From Candidatus Asgardarchaeum abyssi (GTDB taxonomy: Archaea; Asgardarchaeota; Asgardarchaeia; Asgardarchaeales; Asgardarchaeaceae): a DNA stretch of 46,364 nt. The stretch spans positions 1-46,364 of the forward strand of contig JBECUL010000013.1 of assembly GCA_040225955.1 (NCBI GenBank). Reading direction: 5' to 3'. Below the pieces are notes generated by a model. That model made no database searches and was not told where the DNA came from. It saw only the letters and a program-made list of their open reading frames with translations. Each line of letters begins with the position of its first letter. Within the stretch, counting starts at the first letter, position 1. The position numbers and the translations under genes were made by a program. This document shows positions 8,559 to 18,226 of this stretch, piece after piece.

Positions 8559-11105
8559 ATGCCAAGCAAACTTAAGTGTCCATTCTGTGATGGAGAAATA
8601 AAATTTGAAATCTTAGAAAAAGGGAAGTGGAGAATTTATTGTAATAAGTGCGGAAAGGAAGCCTTTACTCCTAAATTTTTTACAGGAGATTATATGGATG
8701 CTTATCACTATTTCCTATCAGTTTATAGAGAAGAGATAGATAAACGGAAGATCGAAAAAGCACCGTATGCTAACATTGACTGGAGAAAATTACCCGATGT
8801 ATTAAAAGCAATACTCATGGATAAAGTTTATACTCTTGTTTATTATAAGTCCTATGACGAGCAAGAAGGAGTTTTCAGTAAACCTATTGATGAACTTGAT
8901 TTACACCCAGCTATAAAAAAATATCTTAAAGCATCTGGAATAGAAAGATTATTTTCTTTTCAAGAAAGGGCAATAAAAACCATATTACGTGGCGAAAATA
9001 CTGTAATTGTTGCGCCTACAGGTAATGGCAAGACTGAAGCATTTCTAATACCTATTGCGCAGAAAATATTAACTGAGAAACCAGATTGGGGCGCATTAGC
9101 TTATCCTACTAGCAGCGCAAAGGCTTTATTTATATATCCTACGAAAGCTCTTGCTCGAGATCAGCTTGATAAATTTAAAAAATTAGAAAGATTTAGCGGA
9201 ATACGATTTGAAATATTTGATGGGGATACTCCCTCTCATAAAAGGAAGGAGATTCTTTCAAATCCACCAGACATCTTAATTACAAACCCAGATATGATAC
9301 ATGTTCATCTTATGAAAAGAAATCCGTTTAAGAAAATAATAAGAGACATAAAATTCGTAGTCCTTGATGAAATTCATCAATATAAGGGAGCATTTGGTTC
9401 GAATGTATACTTTATTTTAAGGAGATTAGAAAGGATAGCTGGCGATTTTCAAATTATTGGCGCATCAGCCACCATTGCCAATCCGAAAGAGTTTGGTGAG
9501 CAGTTATTTGGAAGAAGCGTAACAGTAGTAGAATGCGAAAGAGGTCGGAGAGGAAGAATACACTTTTTGATGCTATACCCACAAACAATTAGTGCCAATT
9601 TGATGATAGGCAGAGTTGCCAAATTACTTACTCAACATGGCTATAAGGTCTTAATTTTTGCTAATTCTCACAAAACTGCAGAACTAATTAATTTGATTTT
9701 AAGACGATTATCTGTAATTAGTTATGTTCATAGGGCTGGACTTCCAGAAAAAATGAGACATCGAATTGAGGATGCATTTAAGAGGGGCGAAATAAAAGCA
9801 CTGGTAGCTACACCTACCTTGGAGCTAGGTGTAGATATAGGCGATCTGGATGCTGTAGTCTCAGTAATTATAGGCATAACTAGATTAATTCAAAGAATTG
9901 GTAGAGCTGGGCGAAGAGGACAAGAAAGTATTGCAATATTAGCATTACGAAACGATGATCCCATAAGTACTTATTATTTAGAAAAACCAGAAGATTATTT
10001 TAAAAATATAGATCCTGCATTTGTAGATCCAGGTAATGAGGTGGTTGCATACCATCAAATATTAGCAGCATCTATTGATTCACCTTTGAAGAAGGATGAA
10101 TTCCAGAATTTTAAAGACATAGTCAATAATTTAATTGCAGAGAATCTTTTAATCGTAAGAAGAAATCGTTTACATCCCTCTTACACAAAAGCAAAAAAGA
10201 TACTAGCAAAATATAATTTACGTGGCGTGGGGGATATCGTAAAAATAACAGATGGAAAGCGTATCCTGGGTTTTAGAAATATGCCAATGGCCGCACGTGA
10301 GTTACATCCCGGAGCTGTATATATTCATGCTGGCACTCTTTATAAATCAATTGATTTCAAGTTTAATGGAAAAGAGGGCTATGCTCTTGTCGAAAAGCTC
10401 CCTACAGACTATCCATATAAGACAGATGCTCTCAGAGCATCATTTCCAGAAATTCTTGAAATAAAAGAAAGAAAAACAGTTTTTGGTACGGAAGTCATTT
10501 ATGGAAAATTAAGAATAACTGAAGAAGTCTATGGTTACGTGGTAACTGAAACATTTACCGAAAAGAAAGTTGAAACTAAAATTTTAGATGAACCTATACG
10601 ATATACCTTTGACACAATGGGTTTCGTCTTTACTGCGCCATCACCAACTAAAACAGTAGACGAATATGCAAAAAAGCCTGATTTACCCGAAGGCTTGCTA
10701 AGTGAGGAGGATTTATTAGCAGGAGCTTTTCATGCTGTGGAGCATGTTCTTATTGAGGGTAGCCCTATGTTAACTGGTGGTGGCTCTTCTGAAATAGGTG
10801 GTATCTCATTAGGGACCTCTGGAATGATAGTTATTTATGATGGTACTCCTGGAGGAAGTGGGCTATCAAAGCTACTCTTCAATAGACTTGATATGGCAAT
10901 TAAGAACTCATTATCAATTTTAAAATCATGCAAATGTAAAAGGATTGACGGATGCCCAGCATGCACATATAGCTATCAATGTGGGAATAATAATAGACCA
11001 TTATTTAAAGTAGGAGCCATTGAAGCGCTGGAGAAACTTTTAAAGGAGAAAGAAAAAATATCGGTAAGACATGAACTATTTACTCTTTTTAAGCCAATTG
11101 TTTAA
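8559..11105 (+). CDS. SF2 DEAH-box helicase with C-terminal DUF1998 Zn-binding domain (Hrq1/MrfA/SftH-like)
   Basis: PTGNGKT, YPTKALARDQ, DGDT, TNPDM, DEIH, SAT, ATPTLELGVDIG, QRIGRAGR; C-terminal CKC..DGCPAC...QCGNNN; N-terminal CPFC..CNKC Zn ribbon. Confidence 0.9.
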   Translation: MPSKLKCPFCDGEIKFEILEKGKWRIYCNKCGKEAFTPKFFTGDYMDAYHYFLSVYREEIDKRKIEKAPYANIDWRKLPDVLKAILMDKVYTLVYYKSYDEQEGVFSKPIDELDLHPAIKKYLKASGIERLFSFQERAIKTILRGENTVIVAPTGNGKTEAFLIPIAQKILTEKPDWGALAYPTSSAKALFIYPTKALARDQLDKFKKLERFSGIRFEIFDGDTPSHKRKEILSNPPDILITNPDMIHVHLMKRNPFKKIIRDIKFVVLDEIHQYKGAFGSNVYFILRRLERIAGDFQIIGASATIANPKEFGEQLFGRSVTVVECERGRRGRIHFLMLYPQTISANLMIGRVAKLLTQHGYKVLIFANSHKTAELINLILRRLSVISYVHRAGLPEKMRHRIEDAFKRGEIKALVATPTLELGVDIGDLDAVVSVIIGITRLIQRIGRAGRRGQESIAILALRNDDPISTYYLEKPEDYFKNIDPAFVDPGNEVVAYHQILAASIDSPLKKDEFQNFKDIVNNLIAENLLIVRRNRLHPSYTKAKKILAKYNLRGVGDIVKITDGKRILGFRNMPMAARELHPGAVYIHAGTLYKSIDFKFNGKEGYALVEKLPTDYPYKTDALRASFPEILEIKERKTVFGTEVIYGKLRITEEVYGYVVTETFTEKKVETKILDEPIRYTFDTMGFVFTAPSPTKTVDEYAKKPDLPEGLLSEEDLLAGAFHAVEHVLIEGSPMLTGGGSSEIGGISLGTSGMIVIYDGTPGGSGLSKLLFNRLDMAIKNSLSILKSCKCKRIDGCPACTYSYQCGNNNRPLFKVGAIEALEKLLKEKEKISVRHELFTLFKPIV

Positions 11106-11181
11106 AACAAAAATATATATAACTTTGAAAGGATAAATAACGATATGTATACTAAAATTAAGTTTCTACATTTGTACAAAG

Positions 11182-11769
11182 GTGATATTCTTGAGTGAAA
11201 ATATTTACTCTGGAACTGTTGTCTATAAGGTTGTTTTGATCGGCGATGGAGCAGTTGGAAAAACAAGTTTAAGATTGCGTTATATGGGGAAAGGGTTTCA
11301 ACCTATTTACATGGAAACTATTGGTGCAGATTTCGCTGTTAACGATGTTGATGTAGAAGTTAAAGGTAAAAGGTATATTTGTAGACTACAGATATGGGAT
11401 CTTGCTGGACAGCCAAGATTTTCAGAAGTAAGGTCATTATTTTATAGTGGAGCTAAAGGTGCGATAGCTGTTTATGATAAAACAAGACATGAGACATATG
11501 CACACATAAAGGATTGGATTAGTGAAATGTTAAGAGGTACAGGTGAGATACCTATAGTTTTAGTTGGAAATAAAAAAGATTTATGTGATGAGGGAGATGT
11601 TAGCTGCGTAAGCTATGAGGATGGAATTAAACTTAAAGAAGAACTTGAAAGTTTTCTTGGTGAGACAGTTATTTTTCTTGAGACTAGCGCAAAAACTGGA
11701 GAAAATGTGAAAGAAGCTTTTATAGAATTAAGTAAGTTGATGATAGAGAAATATATATTACGTATTTAA
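11182..11769 (+). CDS. Rab-like small GTPase (Ras superfamily)
   Basis: G1 GDGAVGKT, G2 ETIGADF, G3 WDLAGQ, G4 NKKD, G5 ETSAK; RabF-like motifs; no C-terminal prenylation Cys. Start may be TTG 11191. Confidence 0.9.
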   Translation: MIFLSENIYSGTVVYKVVLIGDGAVGKTSLRLRYMGKGFQPIYMETIGADFAVNDVDVEVKGKRYICRLQIWDLAGQPRFSEVRSLFYSGAKGAIAVYDKTRHETYAHIKDWISEMLRGTGEIPIVLVGNKKDLCDEGDVSCVSYEDGIKLKEELESFLGETVIFLETSAKTGENVKEAFIELSKLMIEKYILRI

Positions 11770-11798
11770 ATCTCTTTTTAATCTCCTTTGTTCTTCCA

Positions 11799-13093
11799 CA
11801 GAGATCTTGCCATAAGTAGAGGCGAGAGAGCGGGCGAAAAATTTTTTGTCGGCTCCGTACTCTCTCACCGATGAACCATGTCAAGATATACAATACACGT
11901 ACTCCACATTTTAAAAATTGCATTTCACCCTTATATACTTAGAGCTTCGAAACAAATCGCACCAATCTTCGTAAAAAAGAGAAATAGAGGCACTCCAAAT
12001 TATGCTAAGGCAATCGACGTGATGACCGCAGTAATCGAAGGACATAGCCGCATCTCAAATATAATCATTGTTTCTCTCCGATCCAGAATAAAATCTATCA
12101 TAACTCCGCAACCTACTTTAAAATGCTATATCGCTTGGATTGTCGGGATAACTTCGTACCATGGTATGAAGCGTATAAACTATCCACTGTCTCATTGCTT
12201 CGAGAAGCTGGATACGAATTTATAAAGCCATATGTTGCCAATCGTAGTGGCATCGTAAGCTTCGACTTATCCGCACTGGCTGTCTGGGGAAACAACTTCG
12301 AATTTGCAGATCGCGGCTATGGAATTGATCCAAAACAGCGTGGGTACCAACCTGCAGCGATAGCCATAGAAGTTGGTGATTTGACTCTTTGGACGTACTC
12401 TAAACTCGTGCCAGGATACATTACCTCGCAACTTATGTTTGACACTCTATTTTCCTCTCTTAAGAGGCTTGTGGAGGAGACCAACTTTGTGCCAAAGGTG
12501 GTGCTTCTCGACGCAGGTTTTCATAGCATTGAACATATCATGAAACTAGACAAACACTTTAGGTTTATTATGGCAGCACCAAAGATTCAGCGATATACGA
12601 ATCTAAAATACGAACAAGTTACGTCTACAATTTCGTATAGTGACATCATGATAAAAGGGCGCAGGTTTAGAGTCATTAAGAAGCGAACGAAGAACGAGAA
12701 AGGGAAGTACGAGGACCACTATTTTGTAACTAACATCTTCGACATTTCGGTGAAACGTGTGTTAGAGCTTTATAGGAAGCGCTGGGTTATCGAAAATTCG
12801 TTATTTAATGAGATAAAGAATGGATTCGAATTGCACATTCCGAGTAGCAATTTTGTAGTGAGTGCGTTATACATTGAGCTTGTGAAATTTGCGTACAATA
12901 TTTTTCGATTGGCGATGTTGAGGGTATTTGAGGCAATGGGTGTTCGTATACGTGGTGTTAGGCGATTTAGAGAACACATGCAGTATGCGATCACGATGGC
13001 TATAGTGTCGTCCCAAGGACGGTTAAAAGACACCTAGTGATTGGGCGAAAAAATTAAGGGGGTGATGCGCCAAAAGTTACGGCAAGATCTCTG
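11799..13093 (+). mobile_element. insertion sequence, ISH3-like (IS4/IS701-related DDE), 1295 bp
   Basis: Terminal IRs CAGAGATCTTGCC (13 bp perfect, 17/19 extended) at 11799 and 13093; 7-bp direct repeat TCTTCCA at 11792-11798 and 13094-13100; higher GC than flanks. Confidence 0.9.
11878..13037 (+). pseudogene. DDE transposase split into two overlapping frames (11878-12225 and 12123-13037, -1 shift)
   Basis: Second frame has VSFDLS, VLLDAGF, YFVTN and LYRKRWVIENSLFNEIK (Y-2-R-3-E-K type motif). Programmed versus mutational shift is unresolved. Confidence 0.75.
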
Positions 13094-13375
13094 TCTTCCA
13101 ATTATATTATTTATGCTGAGATACTTTTGCTTGTGTGCAATTTCTTATTCTTGGAAGTAATAAAATAAAAAATATATGTGATAATTTTTAAATGAAATAT
13201 ATAGTTTAGCGCTAAACTAGTTGATGTTTCATTAGTTATTAATCAGAACGTTAAGTTGTTAATTAATTGGATATAAATAAAAACTATTGTTACTAATATG
13301 TATTTATAAACTTGTAGGAATCTAATGTATATATAACATAATTCTCTAAAAATAATTTGAATATAAGAAAGGACG

Positions 13376-15997
13376 GTGAATTTATTGCTGGGGGAACGAG
13401 AACTAAGGAGACTTCTCTCCGATATTACGCTAATATCAAATAAATTTAAATTAAGTGATAAAACTAAAGTTGATATTAAAGAGCTTGATGAACTAATTAG
13501 AGGATATTTCGAATTATCATCAGAGATTGAAAAGTTAGGCATTTTTAGCTTTATGAAAAAGAAGAAGCTAAAAGAGAAACAGCAAAAAATATTAGAAACA
13601 ATCTCAGCGACAATTCCAACTACATTAAGAAGCATATTAAATGATGTAAAACCTTTTATAAATAGGCTAAATGAGCTTTATGAAAAAGCATCTCCTATCG
13701 TTAAGGATAAAGTAAAATATACGCCGATGACTCTATCTACTTTACCAAGTGATCCAATAGCACTCGTAGAATATATTCATAATGTTGTTAATACAGCTGT
13801 TGAATCTCAGAATCAACTTAGAAATGCTCTTTTGAGCATTGTCCAAGACTTATGGAAATCAAATAATTTGAAGTTTAATATCTATAGAAAGTATATAGCA
13901 CTGGATGCTGATAAAGTTAGATTGTCATCTTCTGAAATTGTTGAAAGTGAGGATATTGATACTCTTATAGATTTTTACTATAAGTTGAAGAAAGAGGAAG
14001 AATTCTTAGATGCTCTAAAAATGCAAGTAAGAATCTCTTTCCAAGAGGTTCTTAAATCAAGGCTGGAGAACCTTGAAGCCTACTTAGGAATGATAGAAGG
14101 ATTGGGAATAATCATTAAATCGTCAATTAAATCTAAAATAGAATCTCTGAGAAATTCTCTTAAGGAACCTCGTGAATTATCATCATTACAAAGTCTTGAG
14201 AAGGAAATAAATGAATTAGAAGAGGTAATTAAAGACGATTTACGCAGAGAAATTATAAAATTAAAAAACGAAACTATTTCTGCCACAGAAAAAATTCCTA
14301 ATCTTCCACCAGAGCCCGAAATTATTGGTGAATCAATTGACAAATTGATAGAAGGTTATCAAGCTATTCGTACTTGGCATGTAAGAGTTGTTAGTACAAT
14401 TATCATTCAAATAAAAGACCTTCTTAAGGATGCTGACGCTGCATTAGGAAAATTATCACCTGATTTAGCTGATCCGATTAAGAGAAAAATAGAAAATATT
14501 AGGAATAGGGCAAATAAGGTTACTAAGCTCGAAGAAGCTGTTTCACTCTATTGGGAAACTGTAAAACAAATAGAAAATTGGAAAGAATTGCTTTTTAAAG
14601 AAATACAAAAACGTATGGGTGAATACAATAGAACACTTCAGATGATTAAAGAAGTCATAGAACGCGTACCATCTTTCTTAGTTATCTCTTTACCAGAGGA
14701 TATATCAGGGGCTTCTCTTTCTTTTCTTGCTAATGTTTTATATACAATCCGTACAAAAACTGAACAAAGAGATAAAGTCTTTAAAGACGCAATAATTGGC
14801 GAACTTAATAGTTTTAAGAGTATAATATTAAGTGTGCCTGAGGAGTATCAAAAGCAATTCGAAAATGCAATAAAGTTAATAGATTCAACAATAGAAAAGA
14901 TCAGAGCAACAACTAATACAGAAGAAATTAGGTTGCACTTCATAAGAACCAGAGCAGAATTAGAAAAAGAAATAGGCGAAATACTTCAAGGTGTAAGGGA
15001 TAAGCAAGTTTTAAAAATTCGACTTATGCTTGCAAAAATGCCTGGTGCTCCAGACGTCTCTGACGCAATAAATCAAATAATGAGCTTACCTATTGATATA
15101 ACAAAACCAGAAGAGTACATAATAAAAATAAATAGTACAATGCACAACCAGATCATTAACAAGCTTAAAGATTTCTTGATGAAGGAAGTAAGTGATTATC
15201 TTGATATATTAAACATATTAAAGGAATTTAACCTAGATTTCTCTAAAGAAAGAGAAAAACTTCTTGAGATAAGTAAAAAACTTGCTGATGCTAAAGATGC
15301 GGAGGGGCTTGGTGACTTAGGAAGAGAGTTTAGAGTGACGATTACAAATAAAGATTTCATTAATGTTATTAAAAATTGGATTGAAACTATGACAACAAGC
15401 ATGTCTAATGCATTATCTGAATTAGGAAGAGGAGTTACTGAGGCTGAAGGAATCGCAACACTTATTAGAGAAAGTAAAACTGCGGATCCAACAAATCCTG
15501 CTCAATTGGTATCATTGGTTAAGAAATTAGTTAAAGTTTGGGAGCTAATAAGAGAATATATAATAAAAATAGAAGATATTGAGTATTCTAAGTTCTTAGA
15601 AGCTGCAAAAAGTTACAATGTCTATGAGACAGTTATGAAAATATATGAAATACATAAAGATGAATTCAGTGAGAAAATATTTCCCTTACTTACTCTTGAA
15701 CAGAAAAGGGAGATGATAACTAAAATTAAGACACCAGAACTTGTAGAAATACTACAAGACATTAGAAAACTAGAAAAAGACTTTCTGGAAAAATTAAAGG
15801 AAATTAGTGTTTGGCATAAAGCAGTTAGAATTCTTATGGCTGGGTTCGATTTTTCTGCGCCTGAGTCGGAGCTGAAAAATAGAGTGAAAGAAATTAAGAA
15901 GAATATCAGAAAAATGTATAAGCGAGAGGATATAATTTCATATTTAGAATGGGTTGTAGAGTATTTAGCTAGTAGAGGAGGGCAAGTAAGTGAGTAG
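13376..15997 (+). CDS. large all-alpha coiled-coil/helical-bundle repeat protein, first gene of tubulin-like operon
   Basis: 873 aa of E/K/L/I-rich amphipathic helices punctuated by Pro-rich linkers; no Walker motifs or TM; stop overlaps the GTG of the next gene. Start may be TTG 13385. Confidence 0.75.
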   Translation: MNLLLGERELRRLLSDITLISNKFKLSDKTKVDIKELDELIRGYFELSSEIEKLGIFSFMKKKKLKEKQQKILETISATIPTTLRSILNDVKPFINRLNELYEKASPIVKDKVKYTPMTLSTLPSDPIALVEYIHNVVNTAVESQNQLRNALLSIVQDLWKSNNLKFNIYRKYIALDADKVRLSSSEIVESEDIDTLIDFYYKLKKEEEFLDALKMQVRISFQEVLKSRLENLEAYLGMIEGLGIIIKSSIKSKIESLRNSLKEPRELSSLQSLEKEINELEEVIKDDLRREIIKLKNETISATEKIPNLPPEPEIIGESIDKLIEGYQAIRTWHVRVVSTIIIQIKDLLKDADAALGKLSPDLADPIKRKIENIRNRANKVTKLEEAVSLYWETVKQIENWKELLFKEIQKRMGEYNRTLQMIKEVIERVPSFLVISLPEDISGASLSFLANVLYTIRTKTEQRDKVFKDAIIGELNSFKSIILSVPEEYQKQFENAIKLIDSTIEKIRATTNTEEIRLHFIRTRAELEKEIGEILQGVRDKQVLKIRLMLAKMPGAPDVSDAINQIMSLPIDITKPEEYIIKINSTMHNQIINKLKDFLMKEVSDYLDILNILKEFNLDFSKEREKLLEISKKLADAKDAEGLGDLGREFRVTITNKDFINVIKNWIETMTTSMSNALSELGRGVTEAEGIATLIRESKTADPTNPAQLVSLVKKLVKVWELIREYIIKIEDIEYSKFLEAAKSYNVYETVMKIYEIHKDEFSEKIFPLLTLEQKREMITKIKTPELVEILQDIRKLEKDFLEKLKEISVWHKAVRILMAGFDFSAPESELKNRVKEIKKNIRKMYKREDIISYLEWVVEYLASRGGQVSE

Positions 15998-17312
15998 CTC
16001 TGGTACTGCTGATATTTTTGCAATAGGCATAGGAGAATGTGGCAGTAATTTGCTAGCAAGTTACTTAGCTCAGAAAAGATATGGAGAGACGATTCCAAGG
16101 TTAAAAGGATATTTACTTATGAATACAGATAAAGCAGATATAGCAAAAGCTAGGGAAAAATACAAAATTCCTAAGGACAACACATTGGTATATGGGGAAA
16201 CTGAATTTGGAGTTGGTGGAAAATTTGTTGAAGGCTATAAAGCCGTTATTCAGTCTAAAAATGCTATTTTGTCTCAGTTGAGAGATCTTGGGTATGAAGG
16301 GATCAGTGGTTTCATTATTTTTACATCACTAGGCGGCGGTACAGGATGTGGTGGGACTCCGGCTTTAATTAAAATATTAAGAGAACGATTTATGAAAGAG
16401 GAGCAAAGAAGAGTATATATTTACGTTGTTGGTGTTTTACCGTTTAAAGGGCAAAGTTCTGAAGCTTTAAATGCCACTTGGGCTCTTTCAAGACTAGTAA
16501 AAGCACATATTGAAGAAGAAGGCGCAGATCTAATAATACTTCTTAGCAATAGGACAATGCTTGATAGACTTTTACAGTTCAAGCGTGGAGTTGTAACCGA
16601 TTTACTGGCATCAAAGTTGGGATGGGATATTTCACAACTAACTGAAATAGAAGTGCCATCAACAATAGATGGTGCTACCGAATATGCTAAAAAAATTGAG
16701 GAGTCATTTGTAGATCTAATTAATCCTTTGGCCGTTAAAGTTATAGAATTTATGCTAAGACCTGCTGTTTATGAAACAGGGAAAGAAGTATTTCCAACGA
16801 CAGACTTAGCTGACTATGCGAGGAAGTTAGATCCTATTGTAGTTCCTGCGTTATATGAGGATGTTGCTTTTATACCCAATGCTGGAGACATTGAAGAACA
16901 AATTAGATTTATAATAAGGCATACAATTGAAGAACTTAGTCTAGTTAGAGTTAATAGAAATCCTCAAGCCACAAGTGCATATTATATATTATTTGGGCCA
17001 AAGGATGTTGCGAAAATCGATTATGACCCCTATATAAAAAGAGCACTATCCGATTATCTTGCTCCAGGAGCATCAATAATTCCATCAATCGTTCAGTATC
17101 AGAATGCAACATCACTTGATCTATTAGTTTTATTAGGATTGCCTAAATTGGATGAACTAAAAGATCTAATAAATGAAGCATATATGTTGATTCAGCTACA
17201 TAGCGGTAGTCCTCTTAAGGAGAAATGGTTTGAAAGAACTAAAGGAGTACCAAAAGAAAAAATAATAGAGGCAGTCGAAGACCTGAAAACCTTACTAGGA
17301 ATACAAATATAA
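15990..17312 (+). CDS. tubulin/FtsZ superfamily GTPase (divergent, CetZ/tubulin-like rather than FtsZ)
   Basis: T1 IGIGECGSN, T2 MNTD, T3 GVGG, T4 SLGGGTGCG (16332-16352), VLPF, NAT, LSN, T7 TTDLADY. Confidence 0.9.
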   Translation: MSSSGTADIFAIGIGECGSNLLASYLAQKRYGETIPRLKGYLLMNTDKADIAKAREKYKIPKDNTLVYGETEFGVGGKFVEGYKAVIQSKNAILSQLRDLGYEGISGFIIFTSLGGGTGCGGTPALIKILRERFMKEEQRRVYIYVVGVLPFKGQSSEALNATWALSRLVKAHIEEEGADLIILLSNRTMLDRLLQFKRGVVTDLLASKLGWDISQLTEIEVPSTIDGATEYAKKIEESFVDLINPLAVKVIEFMLRPAVYETGKEVFPTTDLADYARKLDPIVVPALYEDVAFIPNAGDIEEQIRFIIRHTIEELSLVRVNRNPQATSAYYILFGPKDVAKIDYDPYIKRALSDYLAPGASIIPSIVQYQNATSLDLLVLLGLPKLDELKDLINEAYMLIQLHSGSPLKEKWFERTKGVPKEKIIEAVEDLKTLLGIQI

Positions 17313-17327
17313 TCATCTTTTTTATTA

Positions 17328-18218
17328 TTGTTGGATGGTGTCTCAATGAAAAAGGAAGATCTCAAAATTCAAACCATATATAAAATCATGGATTTTCAAC
17401 TTCAACTTCTTATGAATATTATAAATGAAGATATATTTGACAAATTGGATGAAGATAAAAGAAATACCCTTAGAATGAATGCTCTCGGTGCAATTGAATA
17501 CATAAATTTGCTTTTAACAAATTTTCCAAATTTTAAGAATTTAGAGAGTTTGGTGTCGATCAAAGAAAGGTTATTTGAAGTTATTAAGAAGTTAAAAGGC
17601 AAGCCTCCAATCGAGGAGGAAATGATCGTAGAAAGCAAGCAAGCTGACCCATGGGGGATAATTGAATCTACGAAGAATTTGATTAATAACTATTCAAAAT
17701 CATTAGATGTTCTTATACCTCTATTCTTTTTTGGTATTATAGAGGAATTACATAATAAAGATATACCGCCAGAAGCTATAAGAATACCGTCAATTACACT
17801 TAGAAACATTATTAATAAACTTCTAAGAGAGGCTCCCTATTCTCAATTGTTACACAAAATATACGAAACAAGCAACATAATGCTGATCTCTGAAGAAAAT
17901 GCAAAAATAGTCGATCTGGTTGAATCATATAGTAGGAAGTTTGCAACAAAGACTTCAGGGTCGGAATATAGTTCCTTGATAATAGATGAAGCGAAAATGT
18001 TTCTGGAAGCATTTAATTGGGGCGGATCTAAAACAGAAAAAAGAATTTTCCAACTCATTTATGAACATGCTTTAGAACATATTAAAAAGGCTGAGAAAGA
18101 AAAGGATGCTCTTCGTAGAGCAATTCATGCAGCAACAGCAATATTGCTATGCAGAATAAGTGCGGCTCTTACCCAATTACCTCGTATAGATAGCAGACTA
18201 AGAAAAATGAAACCCTAA
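17328..18218 (+). CDS. hypothetical all-alpha protein, third gene of tubulin-like operon
   Basis: Long ORF with host-like composition 15 bp after the tubulin-like gene; likely ATG at 17346; no recognisable motif. Confidence 0.7.
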   Translation: MLDGVSMKKEDLKIQTIYKIMDFQLQLLMNIINEDIFDKLDEDKRNTLRMNALGAIEYINLLLTNFPNFKNLESLVSIKERLFEVIKKLKGKPPIEEEMIVESKQADPWGIIESTKNLINNYSKSLDVLIPLFFFGIIEELHNKDIPPEAIRIPSITLRNIINKLLREAPYSQLLHKIYETSNIMLISEENAKIVDLVESYSRKFATKTSGSEYSSLIIDEAKMFLEAFNWGGSKTEKRIFQLIYEHALEHIKKAEKEKDALRRAIHAATAILLCRISAALTQLPRIDSRLRKMKP

Positions 18219-18226
18219 TTATTTGT

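Noticed and set aside
8559-11105. DISARM/Druantia-type defence helicase
   Set aside because: DUF1998 helicase present, but with no methylase, DrmA/B partners or nuclease; it fits the stand-alone Hrq1/SftH type.
13064-13083. Similarity between the ISH3-like right subterminal sequence (GTAACTTTTGGCGCA, minus strand) and the edge IS terminus (GTAACTTTCTAATTGGGCGCA)
   Set aside because: Short and gapped; the transposases differ, so it is likely coincidental.
13376-15997. SMC/Rad50 or dynamin-like assignment for the 873-aa protein
   Set aside because: No Walker A/B, ABC signature, hinge/Zn-hook or GTPase motifs.
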